64,000 nt of DNA, from positions 23,498,001 through 23,562,000 of the forward strand of contig OX597837.1 of the NCBI GenBank assembly GCA_951406725.2, read 5' to 3'. The notes beneath the pieces are model-generated. The model was not told where the DNA came from and did no database searches. It saw nothing but the letters and a program-made list of their open reading frames with translations. Shown piece after piece: positions 1 to 12,540 of the stretch (position 1 is its first letter; the number at the start of each line of letters is the position of its first letter). Origin of the DNA: Octopus vulgaris (taxonomy: Eukaryota). The position numbers and the translations under genes were made by a program.

Positions 1-94
1 TTGGTAATTAATATTTATAGTTTTTGTCTGGGTAGGCACTTTTAACCTTGTCGTAAATTTGGCAGAGCAATGACACACGCACACACACACACAC

Positions 95-125
<31 letters not shown>

Positions 126-1004
126 CAGATGCATGCACATGCACACACACACACACAGATGCATGCACATGCACACATACATGCACACACACATGCACAC
201 ATGCACACATACACACACTCACTGAAGCATAAAGCATATCTGTGCATGTGTGTGTGTGTATTCGTGCTTGCATATGTATAACCATTTCCTCCTCTTCCTC
301 CTCCTCTTCCTCCTCCTCCTCCTCCTCCTCCTCCTTCTCATCATCATCATCCTCTTTATCATCATTGTCATCATCATCATCATCATAATCATCATCATCG
401 TTGTTGTTTTAACACCCACTCTCTCCATACTTGGTTGGGTTAGACGAAATTTTGTCGAGGCAGATTTATCTACAGCCAAATGCCCTTCCTGTCAACAACC
501 CTCACACATTTCCAAAAAAAAAGTTGATATTTCCCCATGACCAGATCTGTTTTCACAAAAAGAACAAAAACAAAAGACGCCAGTTGCATGATGGCAACAT
601 ACATTTACAACCATCATATAAAATCAAGACAAGCAAGCCTTCATTTGTTTCTTTTTTAGTTTCCAGACAATGTGTGTAGGACTATCAGTCCTAATGTGTT
701 ATTTGAAGGTCAGTCATTTGGGTTTTTAGCTCAAGAGTTGGCCCGTTCAAGCAAACCTATAATTAAAGATAGTTCTGCCATAACTATCACACACTGGATT
801 GGATTGCCTATGTTCAGTCCACTGTAGAATGAAGGACTCAGCATGTTCTCTCCACCAACCATGGTCTGATTTGGAGGCTGTGAGTTTGAGCTTTAGATCA
901 TACTGGTTTGAAGAGCCTTCTCTGTTACACTGGCTTACCGTGGCTTGGCAGAGGGCTGCAGTTTTTATGCTCTTGTGTTTGTTTTCCAGATATATGATAC
1001 ATTG

Positions 1005-1049
<45 letters not shown>

Positions 1050-1064
1050 TCTTTAGTCTTTAAT

Positions 1065-1252
1065 CTTTTACTTGTTTCAGTCCATGCTGGAGCACCGCCT
1101 TTAGTCGAGCAGATCGACCCTGGGACTTATTCTTTGTAAGCCCAGTACTTATTCTATCGGTCTCTTTTGCCAAACCGCTAAGTGACGGGGAAGTAAACAC
1201 ACCAGCATCGGTTGTCAAGCAATGCTAGGGGGACAAACACAGACACACAAAG

Positions 1253-1283
<31 letters not shown>

Positions 1284-1437
1284 CATATATACGACAGGCT
1301 TCTTTCAGTTTCCGTCTACCAAATCCACTAACAAGGCATTGGTCGGCCCGGGGCTATAGCAGAAGACACTTGCCCAAGATGCCACGCAGTGGGACTGAAC
1401 CCGGCAAGCTACTTACCACACAGCCACTCCTGCACCT
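1065..1437 (-). mobile_element. tRNA-derived SINE family A (CORE-like), near full length
   Basis: Minus strand starts aggtgcaggagtggctgtgtggtaagtagcttgc...gggttcagtccc (A/B-box-like), then cttgggcaagtgtcttct (CORE-like), an internal (TA)/(TG) microsatellite and a conserved 3' half. Other copies: ~2196-2330, 6046-6704, 10235-10470, 11447-11605, 13733-13826, 17488-17920, 18798-18950, 22110-22265, 39375-39540, 41090-41860, 52905-53315, 57821-58260, 58645-59025, 59725-60123, 62990-63400. Confidence 0.85.
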
Positions 1438-1749
1438 ATATATATATAAATTATATAATAAGGGTAGAAATTGTTTAATTTTAAATTATTTAATTTTCAA
1501 TAAAAAATATTCTCTAGCCAGTAAATTGGCTGCTGTAATTTATTAACTGCAGAGTAATTTCCAACCTCAGCGCACCAAAGTGAAGGCATTTGAAAGATAC
1601 ACTTAAATATAATTTGTAGAACTTTATACATACTCGATTTCAGTTGAGCGTTCTGTATGTAATTCTGGAAATTATGTTTTGTAAACAACAGACTATGCTG
1701 ATGATCTTGCAGATATTTACGTGTTCATATACATAAATTTGATAACAAC

Positions 1750-2060
1750 CTGGCACTCCGTCGGTTTTGACATCAAGGGAAGAGCTTGCTCACAAAATTA
1801 ACGTGCATATGGCAGAGCACTCCACAGACACATGTACCCTTAATGTAGTTCTCAGAGAGAGTCAGAGATTCAACATGATACAGCATGTGACAAGGCTGGC
1901 GCTTTGAAATACAGGTCCACCTCTTTTTTGCCAGCTGAGTTGACTGGAGCAATGTGAAATAAAGTGACTTACTCAAGGACACAACACATCACCAGGAATC
2001 AAACTCATAACCTTATGATCGGGAGCCAAATACCCTAACCACTAAGCCATGCACCTTCAT
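1750..2060 (-). mobile_element. tRNA-derived SINE family D
   Basis: Minus strand: tgaaggtgcatggcttagtggttagggtatttggctc...gagtttgattcc...gtgtccttgagtaagtcactttatttcac. Copies at ~7305-7500, 8195-8480, 10677-11000, 44550-44850 (-), 46178-46297, 49780-49965. Confidence 0.8.
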
Positions 2061-2343
2061 GATGACAACCTAAAACTGCATTATATTACATATTTTTACA
2101 TTGTTGTGATGGTGGGGTGTGTGAGTAACCATGTAAAGGCTGTCTCTCATTGGTTTGTTTGATGGAGAATCTGGTTGTGGTGGTAGTGCTAGGTAAGGGT
2201 GTGGCTGTGTGGTAAGAAGTTTGATTCCTAATCATATGGTTCTGACTTGAGTCTCACAGTATGACAATTTTTATAAGTATCTTCTACCATAGCCCAGGGT
2301 AGATCAAAGTCTTGCAAATGGATTTGGTGACAGAAAGTAAAAG

Positions 2344-2577
2344 TAAGGTGGTGAGCTGGCAGAATCGCTAGCACACCTGTCGAAATGCTTAGTGGTATTT
2401 CGTCTGTTGTCACGTTCTGAGTTCAAATTCCGCCGTGGTTGACTTCGGCTTTCATCCTTTTGGGGTCGATAAATTAAGTACCAGTTACATACTGGGGTCA
2501 ATGTAATCAACTTAATCCTTTTGTCTGTCCTTGTTTGTTCCCTCTATGTTTCGCCCCTTGTGGGCAATAAAGAAATA
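2344..2577 (+). mobile_element. tRNA-derived SINE family B inserted in a family A SINE, 12-bp TSD
   Basis: Head aaggtggtgagctggcagaatcg...gagttcaaattcc, core ctttcatccttttggggtcgataaattaagtaccag, tail gtgggcaataaagaaata. Direct repeat agaaagtaaaag at 2332-2343 and 2578-2589. Confidence 0.85.
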
Positions 2578-2824
2578 AGAAAGTAAAAGAAAGCTATCCT
2601 GTGTACACACACACACACACACATGTACATGTATATATATGTAGTAGAATAAGAAGCAGAAAATTCTAGGTACAGTATTATATATATATGGAAAAATGAA
2701 TAGAAATAGCTTTTCTGATAATTTTTCCACTTTAATAATTAGATGTTTATAAGTTTTACTAATAAACATCTAATTATTAAAGTGGGAAAATTATCAGAGA
2801 AGCCATTTCTATTTGTTTTCTTAA

Positions 2825-2893
<69 letters not shown>

Positions 2894-3280
2894 CATACAC
2901 ACACACACAGACAAATATTTTGTCAACACTCGCCCTTACCTCCTCTTCAAAGTAAACACCCATCTGCACACACACATACATACGTGCATATGCACAGACA
3001 TAACAGCAATTCTAAGAGAGATGCAGAGCAAACTTCAGAGTGAGAGTGGAAGTCACTAAGTCACTGGAAAGGTCGTGAACAGCAATGTAAGATCTTTGAC
3101 TGGCAACACAATCAATTGATTATTTAACCAACGCATTAAACAATTGATCGATTGGTTAGGTGGTTGGATATTTAACCAAATGACTAATAATACAGCAGTG
3201 AAATTGAACCTGCACATCTGCTATTATTATTGGTGTAATGACTATCTCAAGGCACAACAAAATACATGTATATATATATA

Positions 3281-3664
3281 TCATCATCATCATCATCATC
3301 ATCGTTTAACGTCCGCTTTCCATGCTAGCATGGGTTGGACGGTTCAACTGGGGTCTGGGAAGCCCGAAGGCTGCACCAGGCCAGTCAGATGTGGCAGTGT
3401 TTCTACAGCTGGATGCCCTTCCTAACGCCAACCACTCCGAGAGTGTAGTGGGTGATTTTATGTGCCACCGACACAGGTGCCAGACGAGGCTGGCAGACGG
3501 CCACGCTCGGATGGTGTTTTTTATGTGCCACCGACACAGGTGCCAGACGAGGCTGGCAGACGGCCACGCTCGGATGGTGTTTTCTTATGTGTCACCGACA
3601 CAGGTGCCAGACGAGGCTGGCGGACGGCCACGCTCGGATGGTGTTTGTTACGTGCCCTCAGCAC

Positions 3665-3665
<1 letters not shown>
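3281..3665 (-). mobile_element. Family C retro-element (RTE-related, (GAT)n tail, internal ~60-bp repeats)
   Basis: Minus strand: ~60-bp repeats, then ggttggcgttaggaagggcatccagctgtagaaac...ggacgttaaac(gat)n. Copies at ~4905-5352 (+), 12505-12895 (-), 14155-15192 (+), 44995-45395 (+), 45820-46147 (+), 55289-55489 (-), 56565-56800, 57225-57460. RTE affinity is inferred from the tail type and a recalled motif. Confidence 0.75.
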
Positions 3666-3737
<72 letters not shown>

Positions 3738-3849
3738 TGTGTAACTGGCTTCTGTGCATGTGGCACATAAAATGCACCATCCAAACGTGGTTGATGCCAG
3801 TACTGCCTGACTGGCTCCGGTGCCAGTGGCACATAAAAACGCTATCTCT

Positions 3850-4218
3850 TCCAAGACCCTGTGGCGTATGTTGACCAAAATTGAGAGTGTGATAGAAGAA
3901 GGCTTGCTCTTCCTTCCATAGAAGAAAGATTCAAATAGGACCACGTTAAGACCAAAAATTATTTACATCAAAAAGGTGCTTTTTTTCTATGAAAATCCCT
4001 ATTTTTTACGATTTTTTGACTGCTGCGTCGCCAGTTTTTGGTGTATTTCAACCAGAAAGATGTTTACTTAAAGAGAATAACAAGCTACATAATGCAAAAT
4101 TTTTACTTTTCAAAAAAAGATTGAAACTATGTCAAAACTTCGTCAACGCGACATCAAGGTGTGCCGTTTTAAGTGCAACTAAAAAACAAACCTGAGCATC
4201 ACCGGGCTATACTGCTAG
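3850..4218 (+). mobile_element. Non-autonomous Helitron-like 3' end
   Basis: Ends cctgagcatcaccgggctatactgCTAG|t (short hairpin, CTAG, T), matching the end at 47512-47539. The 5' boundary is uncertain. Confidence 0.55.
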
Positions 4219-5320
4219 TATTATTATAAACATCATAAGCTCCATACAATCAAAGTCATGAAATTGCATTGCTGTTTAAGGCAATGTTCTCAAATAATAC
4301 TTTTAAGTAATACTGTTAAATAATAAACAGCAGAAACAGGTCACAGTCTTAAAGCGACGAAAATATTTTGACAAATTAAACTTAAATATTGAAGTGAATC
4401 GAACGGCTTTTGTGTGTTTCTTAAATGGCTTACAAACATCTTCCACACTGCAATTGTTTTCGTTTCAGCACACTATCTCAGATCAAATCATTTGCTATGC
4501 AAGTACACCTCCATAATGTTAAATAATACTTTAGCTAGGATTCAGTATTTCATTGACAAATAGTGTGTATGTGGGTACTCATTAAATGAAGATTGGAGTT
4601 GATGGAATTACATTTATTTCATGGCTTACAGTTATTTCAATGGAAGGGTGACGAATCATATGTCACGCATGGAAGCATGAATAAGAACATTGATATAGTC
4701 ATGTCCATTATAGAATACTTATTACATAATGACCTTCACAGTCATTTAATCATAACTGAATGAATGAATATAACACAAACGTAAATTGGTTACTTCACTT
4801 CTATAGGATAAACATAGCAATGTAATAATAGGATTTGCTCCAGATTTCAGAAGGATGGGCTAATTCATGAATTTCAACGGGAGAGTAAGTGGGCAGATCA
4901 CTCAAAATCAAAATCGCAATCGATCAACACCAATAGAATTTGTAGCTGTGATATCAGTGCCGGTGGCACGTAAGAGAACCATCCGAACGTGGCCATAGCC
5001 AGCGCCACCCTGACTGGCCTCCGTGCAGGTGGCACGTAAAAAGCACCATCTTATTGTGACCATTGCCAGCCTCGTCTAGCCTCCGTGCTGGTGGCACGTA
5101 AAAAGCACCATCCGATCATGGCTGTTGCCAGCCTCGTCTGGCACCTGTGCTGGTGGCATGTAAAAAGCACCCACTACACTCATGGAGTGGTTGGTGTTAG
5201 GAAGGGCATCCAGCTGTAGAAACACTGCCAGATCAGACTGGGCCTGGTGCAGCCTTCTGGCTTCCCAGACCCCCAGTTGAACCGTCCAACCCATGCTAGC
5301 ATGGAAAGCAGACGTTAAAC

Positions 5321-5353
<33 letters not shown>

Positions 5354-8300
5354 AGATTCTATTTAGCAATTAATTTTGATTGTCTAGAGTTGTGCTTGCT
5401 GTTTCATAGAAATATCATAAAACCTAAATAGTTGACTAATGGACTCACATTTGACCAGTGACCCAATTTCATTGATGTACAGGGCTACTGACTTACACTT
5501 GACCCAGTTGCAATGGGTCAACCTGAGAACAGGTAGTTGAATGGTGAGCTTCTTAACTATACAACCACTCCTGCACCTATGTTTAAATTTTCTTCATAAG
5601 CTCAAAGAAAATCAATGATGAAACACTTCTTTCTTTTATATAAACTTTTACTGGTACAGGCCTTTGGTCATGCTGGGGTTCTACCTTCAAGAGCTGGTGG
5701 GTTGGTGGGCGGGTTGGTGGGGGAGATCAATCATATTGACCCCAATATACGTTTCACTCTAGTTCTTATTTCATCAATCTCTGTTTGTCAAATGGTAAGT
5801 GTAGGATAGCTGATTAACAGAGAAGTTTATATCACAATCATGAAGTCTTGAATTAAAGGCCTGAGGTTTTGCAGGCAGGGGGCAAGTCAATTACATCGAC
5901 CTCAGTGTTCAACTGATACTTATTTCCTTGACCCCGAAAAGATGAAAGGTAAAGTTAACCTCAGAGGAATTTGAACTCTGACTGTAAAGTTGGAAGGAAT
6001 GCTATATTTTGTCCAGTATGCCAACAATCCTGCCAGCTTGCCGCACTTTTACTTGTTTCAGTCATTTGACTGTGGCCATGCTGGAGTACCACCTTTAGTC
6101 GAGCAAATCGACCCCAGGACTTATTCTTTGTAAGCCTAGTACTTATTCTGTTGGTCTCTTTTGCTGAACTGCTAAGTTACTGGGATGTAAACACACCACC
6201 ATCGGTTGTCAAGCGATGTTGGGGGGACAAACACAGACACACAAACATACACACACACACATATATATATATATATACATATACACGACGGGCTTCTTTC
6301 AGTTTCTGTCTACCAAATCCACGCACAAGGCTTTGGTCAGTTCGAGGCTATAGTAGAAGACACTTGTCCAAGGTGCCATGCAGTGGGACTGAACCTGGAA
6401 CCATGTACTTATTCTGTTGGTCTCTTTTGCTGAACTGCTAAGTTACTGGGATGTAAACACACCACCATCGGTTGTCAAGCGATGTTGGGGGGACAAACAT
6501 AAGACTCACAAATATATACACACATATACATACATACACATGCACGACAGGCTTCTAGTTTCCGTCTACCAAATCCACTGACAAGGCTTTGGTTGGCCTG
6601 AGGCTATAGTAGAAGACACTTGCTCAAGGTGCCATGCAGTGGGACTGAACCTGGAACCATGTGGTTCATAAGCAAGCTACTTACCACACAGCCACTCCTG
6701 CACCTGAAAAGATGAAAGGTAAAGTTAACCTCAGAGGAATTTGAACTCTGACTGTAAACCTGGAAGGAATGCTATATTTTGACCAGTGAGCCAACAATCC
6801 AGCCAGCTTAATAACCTTAATACTAACACCTTAATTACAAAAATAATTATCTTTTCTACTATAGGCGCAAGGCTTGAAATTTGGCACAAGGCATAAGGCC
6901 TGAAAATGGGGAAGGGGGCTAATTGATTACATCTCAACAAACACTTATTTCATTGACTCCAAAAGGATTAAAGGCAAAGTCGACCTCAGCAGAATTTGAA
7001 CTCAGAATGTAAAGCTGAAAGAAACGCTAAGTTTCTCCAGCTCTCTGCCTTCTTTTGTACATAGATAATGAGTTCAAAGTTCACCAAAGACATTTTTTTC
7101 AAAGTCAAACATTTTCAGCTACGTTATGTTCAGGTCAGTTACCTGTCAGTATTTGATATCAGATCAACATGATTCAATATCTATTGATAATCCACCAATC
7201 AGTTCACATAGCTGTCAGAAATAAATACCAGATCAATATTAGTTTCAAATTTTAGCAAAAGGCCAGCAATTTTGGACTAAGGGAATAAGTCAATTACATC
7301 AACTTTTTGTCCTTGAGCAAGATGCTTTATTTCACATTGCTCCAGACGACTCATCTGCCAAAATGAGTCATACCTGTAATTCAAAGGGCCAGCCTTGTCA
7401 CATTTTGTATCACACAAAATATCCCCGAGAACAATATTAAGGGTATTCATGTCTGTGGAGTACTCAGCCACTTGCATATTAATTTCATGAGCAGGCTGAT
7501 ACTTATTTTATCGACCCCAAAAGGATAAAAGGCAAAGTCAACCCAGGTGGCATTTGAACTCAGAACATAAAGATAGACAAAATGCCACTCAGTATTTTGC
7601 CAAGCAAGGTAACTATTTTGCTATCTTGCTGCCTTTTGTGCACACAGATAATGAGTTCAAAATTCACCAAAGGCATTTTTTTCAAAGTCAAACATTTTAA
7701 GTTACATTGCATTTAGTTCAGTTACCTGTCAGTAATCAATATCAGATCAACGTGGTTCCATCTCTGATGACAATCCACCAATCAGTTCACCTCGCTGTCA
7801 GAAATAAATATAAGGTTAATATTGTTTAGTTTCGGACCGCTATCCACCAAGGTGTCAGTTATAGATATTAGATGAATATGGTTCAGCCACAGAACACAGT
7901 CCACAAGCAGTCCACTTTACACTCTCTAAGAGATACCAAATCAATATGGGTCAATCTTTGACCACAATCTTCTAATCAGTTTTATCATTTCTACATTAGA
8001 AACTGGCCTCAATTTTGTTTATACTCTATATGATTTATACTGTGGTAGCATAGTGGTTAAGGCATTTGGCTCATGGTTGTAAGGTTGTGGGTTCAATTCC
8101 CAGTGAACTGTACTTCTTTGTGGGACTTATTTTATTTACACCAACATGTACTGGAACACTGATGGCTGTATTTTGGCAATAACAGTGGTAACATGTGAAG
8201 GCACGTAGCTTAGTGGTTAAGGTGAACAGTTCATGATCGTAAGGTCATGCAGTCAATACTTGGTGGCACTTTTTCTCCTTGAGCAAGATGCTTTATTTCA

Positions 8301-8559
8301 CATTTCTCCAGACAACTCATCTGCCAAAATGAGTCATACCTGTAATTCAAAGGGCTAGCCTTGTCACATTTTGTATCACACAAAATATCCCTGAGAACAA
8401 TATTAAGGGTATACATGTCTGTGGAGTACTCAGCCACTTGCATATTAATTTCATGAGCAGGCTGTTCCATTGATTGGAAAGTATGTGTGTAAACAACTAA
8501 CAGTGTGATGGGTTGTGGCACACTTAATGGTTTGCTTTATTTTACTTTATTGCATGCTT

Positions 8560-9078
8560 TATTACTTCTGCCTTAGCAAAGGTGGAGGTATTGTTTTCAG
8601 TTGTGTTTGTCTTTCATTGTTTGTTTGTTGGACCATGGACAAGATATCTCAAGAACCGCTGGATGGATTAAGATGAAACTTTCAGGGATTTTTGGCATCA
8701 TGACTGGCATGAACTGATTAGATTTTGGGACCGATCCGGTGCCAGTCAACGATTCTGGATTATTTTTCCTGCTTTTCTACTTAATTTTTGAGAGTGGTTA
8801 GCTGACGACTGCTCAGTTCAAAGTCTCTCTTGACCAGAAATGGCCTGAACTCTTTGCATGAACACCCCTGTACATAACTCCATGTCCCCCTACATGGCAT
8901 TGCTTTTTGCTTTTTGAGCCAAAAAATTAACTTAACTTAACTTAACTTTTAGTATTCTTGTTTGTGAGAGCAGTCGAGATTATTTCAGACATTCTCATTT
9001 TAAAAAACAACTCTGGCTAATCATTGAGAGGATTTTAGTGTTGCCTTGGCAGAGGTTTGCACTCTCTGAGTGCTCTTG
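8560..9078 (+). mobile_element. Helentron/DINE-like non-autonomous element with a CR1 3' fragment inside
   Basis: Subterminal inverted repeat acttctgcc...aagg / ccttggcagaggt, (GTTT)n near the 5' end, 3' hairpin gcactctctgagtgc. Uninterrupted copy at 30377-30720. Confidence 0.65.
8803..8946 (+). mobile_element. 5'-truncated CR1-type LINE 3' end with (TAACT)n tail
   Basis: Near-identical to 43352-43492; ends aaaattaacttaacttaacttaac. Confidence 0.75.
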
Positions 9079-9508
9079 TTTTCCCTATTCTTTGTATTTT
9101 TCATATTTTTCTTAATTACTTCCTGTTTATATCCACAGCTTTGCAACAAAATCTGTTCCTTGCCATTCCTTCTTAATGTATTTAAACTACAACCACTAAC
9201 AACATACTCTAGTTAATCTGAACAGCTGAAATGTTACCTATGTAACAAGATACATCAATATATCACCTGATGAGATGTTTCTGCACTGTGGGATGCACTG
9301 AAATTAATTGCATAGTTTCCCACCTGCAATGCAGGATGTATTGAAACAATTGTAGTGACCAATAAAGTTTCCTGTATATTCCATTTTCTGCTTCTATTGC
9401 TTCTATAATATGTGTGTGTGTCTGTATGTACGTTGGTATGTATGTATGTATGTATGCATGTATGTATGCATGTATGTATGTATGTATGCATGTATGTATG
9501 TATGCATG

Positions 9509-9542
<34 letters not shown>

Positions 9543-9690
9543 TGTATGTATGTATAGGGTCAGCCAAAACTCATGCTTAAAATAAGTTCAGCACGTTCTG
9601 GAATTGTGAGACATTCTCCAATTTTTCTAAAATCAAATCAAATAAATAAAATAATGATGAATGCACATGTACCTGTACATGATGAACAAA

Positions 9691-9703
9691 ATGAATAATA
9701 ATG

Positions 9704-9767
<64 letters not shown>

Positions 9768-9859
9768 TAATAAATAATACAATGTGCTTCTCTGCCCTAG
9801 GTGTACGGAAAACACTCGGTGAGAAATGGAATAATAAAATTTGAAAAAGAAGGAAAAAA

Positions 9860-9924
<65 letters not shown>

Positions 9925-9926
9925 GG

Positions 9927-9960
<34 letters not shown>

Positions 9961-10006
9961 TAACAATAATAATAATAATAACAATAATAATAATAATAAT
10001 AACAAC

Positions 10007-10038
<32 letters not shown>

Positions 10039-10163
10039 TAATAATAATAATAATAACAATAACAATAATAATAATAATAACAATAATAATAATAATAATA
10101 ACAACAATAATAATAATAATAATAATAACAATAATAATAATAATAATAATAACAATAATAGTA

Positions 10164-10235
<72 letters not shown>
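9691..10235. repeat. Long (AAT)n/(AAC) microsatellite interrupted by a ~75-bp insert
   Basis: Direct inspection; insert at ~9783-9858. Confidence 0.95.
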
Positions 10236-10241
<6 letters not shown>

Positions 10242-11619
10242 TTCTTGCTTCAGTTGTTACACTGTGGCCATACTGGGGCATCACCTTGAACAATTTTAGT
10301 TAAACAAATCAATCCCAGGACTTATGCTTTTAAAGCCTTGTACTTATTCTATTGGTCTCTTTTAGTGAACCACTAAGTCATGGGGATGTAAACACACCAA
10401 CATCAGTTGTCAAGTGATGGTAGGGAGAAACACCAACACAATCACACACACACACACACACAACACAAACACAGACATTGCTGAATCTTTATGGGTATAT
10501 TCTAAGCAATGCTGCTACTGGAATGGTCAGAGGAGCTGGTGTTCTATCTGGCCGGAACATTGAAGACTCTCATGCCACTTTTGAGAATGGTACTCAAAAG
10601 CTCTCAGGTCATGCAATCCAGGGCACAAACATTACCAAACCTCCCACCCAATTTGTATTTTACTAGTCAGTTGTAGGTGAAGGCACATGGCTTAGTGGAC
10701 AGGGTATGTGGCTCGTGATTGTTAGGCTGTGTGTTCAATACCCAGTGATCTGTTGTTTCCTTGAGCAAGACACTATTTCATGTCGCTCCAGTCCACTCAA
10801 CTGGCTAAAGTGAGTTGTACCTGTATTCCAAAGGGCGAACCTTGTCACATTCTATATCATGCTGAATCTCTTTGAGAACTACGTTAAAGGTATATGAATC
10901 TGTGGAGTATTCAGCCACTTGCATGCTAATTTCCTGAGCTGACTGTTCCTTGATTGGACCAACTAGAAACCCTCTTTGTCACAACCGACGGAGTGCCAGT
11001 CAGTTGTGACATGCTAAATTACTTTTGACTGCTACAGATTTTCCACAGCGATTCAAGAATCAGTAAGGAAGATGCTGAGCTCAAAGAAGATCCACACACC
11101 AGATGTTAATTAGCAGTACCACTACTACCACCGGTGCCAATGATGTCATCATTGAAAACCACCCACCAAAAGCCAGCAATGGTTGTTATTCTAACTCTGA
11201 TTGAAACACAAATCCAGGAAAATCTCTAAAGCCATTATTTATCAGTTATCCAGAATACTTGTTTTTGTTGTTGTTAGTTTGAATTTCGACTTGAGTTAAT
11301 TAATTAACTGAAGAAGACAATGTATCATACATAATCTGCATTCCTTAATCTCTATCAAAACCTTATCACAGAACAAGTATTTCTGTAATCCATTGAGTTG
11401 GCAAGATATTCCCTATGGTTTATTATCAAATAGTTATTACCAGAAGGTGTAGGCATGGCTGTATGGCAAGGAAGCTGTCTTCCCAACCACATGGTTCCAG
11501 GTTCAGTGTTATGGGTGTACCTTGGCAAATGTCTTCTACTGGAGCCTGAAGCTAACTAAAGTCTTAGAAATGGATTTGGTAGGTAGAAACTGAAAGAAGT
11601 CTATCATATCTATCTATCG

Positions 11620-11904
11620 TTCTTTTTTCTCCTTTTCCCCTTTTTTTCCCCTTTTTTCTTCTTTTTTCATTTCTCTTTTCTTTTGTTCCTTTTCTTTTTT
11701 TTTCTTTTTATTCTTATTTTTTATTTTATTTATTTAATTTTTTTTTTGTTCTTTTCTTCCCTTTTACGATCCCTCTTGATCGAAAACCTACGCCACCCCC
11801 CTTTTTTTTTCTTTTGTTTTTTGTTTTTTTCATCCCCCAAAAGAAAAGCTCTACCTTGTAACTTGTCCCATCTGTGTGCAGCCCTGTGTGGCCAATAAAG
11901 AAAC
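11620..11904 (+). mobile_element. Probable LINE 3' UTR inserted in (TATC)n
   Basis: T-rich tract, then ttgtcccatctgtgtgcagccctgtgtggccaataaagaaac, flanked on both sides by tatctatc repeats. The end resembles the SINE B tail. Confidence 0.5.
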
Positions 11905-11943
<39 letters not shown>

Positions 11944-11959
11944 CCTATCTGTCTAACTA

Positions 11960-11993
<34 letters not shown>

Positions 11994-12147
11994 AGTCAGT
12001 CAGTCAGTCTGTCTATCTATCTATCTTCCAACTAACCTGCCTCCCTACCTATCTACCTGCTTGCCTGGTTGTCTGTCTGTCTGTCTGTGCGTCTCTGTCT
12101 CTCTCTCTCTCTATATATATATGCATATTTGTATGTATGTATACATC

Positions 12148-12274
<127 letters not shown>

Positions 12275-12289
12275 ATATTAATTTACTTC

Positions 12290-12501
12290 TAATATAAGGA
12301 TAACATTTTTTCCAAAAAATTTTATCAGTGGCCAGCATATAAAATTATAAACAATTATAACTGACAGCAAAAGAAAAAACTTCTATGCCAATATGCTGAA
12401 AAAATAGACTTTATATCGTCTAACAACATACAATATTTCTCTATAAATACACAGTGTGTTGAAACAAGGAAAGCAAGCTAACAAGTTATAATTGTTTATA
12501 T

Positions 12502-12540
<39 letters not shown>

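Noticed and set aside
4325-4375. Possible hammerhead (gtcac...gcgacgaaa)
   Set aside because: No CUGANGA core is recognisable; too degenerate to claim.
9240-9400. Cys-containing minus-strand segment (NCFNTSCIAGGKLCN) as an LDLa-like exon
   Set aside because: An in-frame stop follows immediately and the acidic motif is missing.
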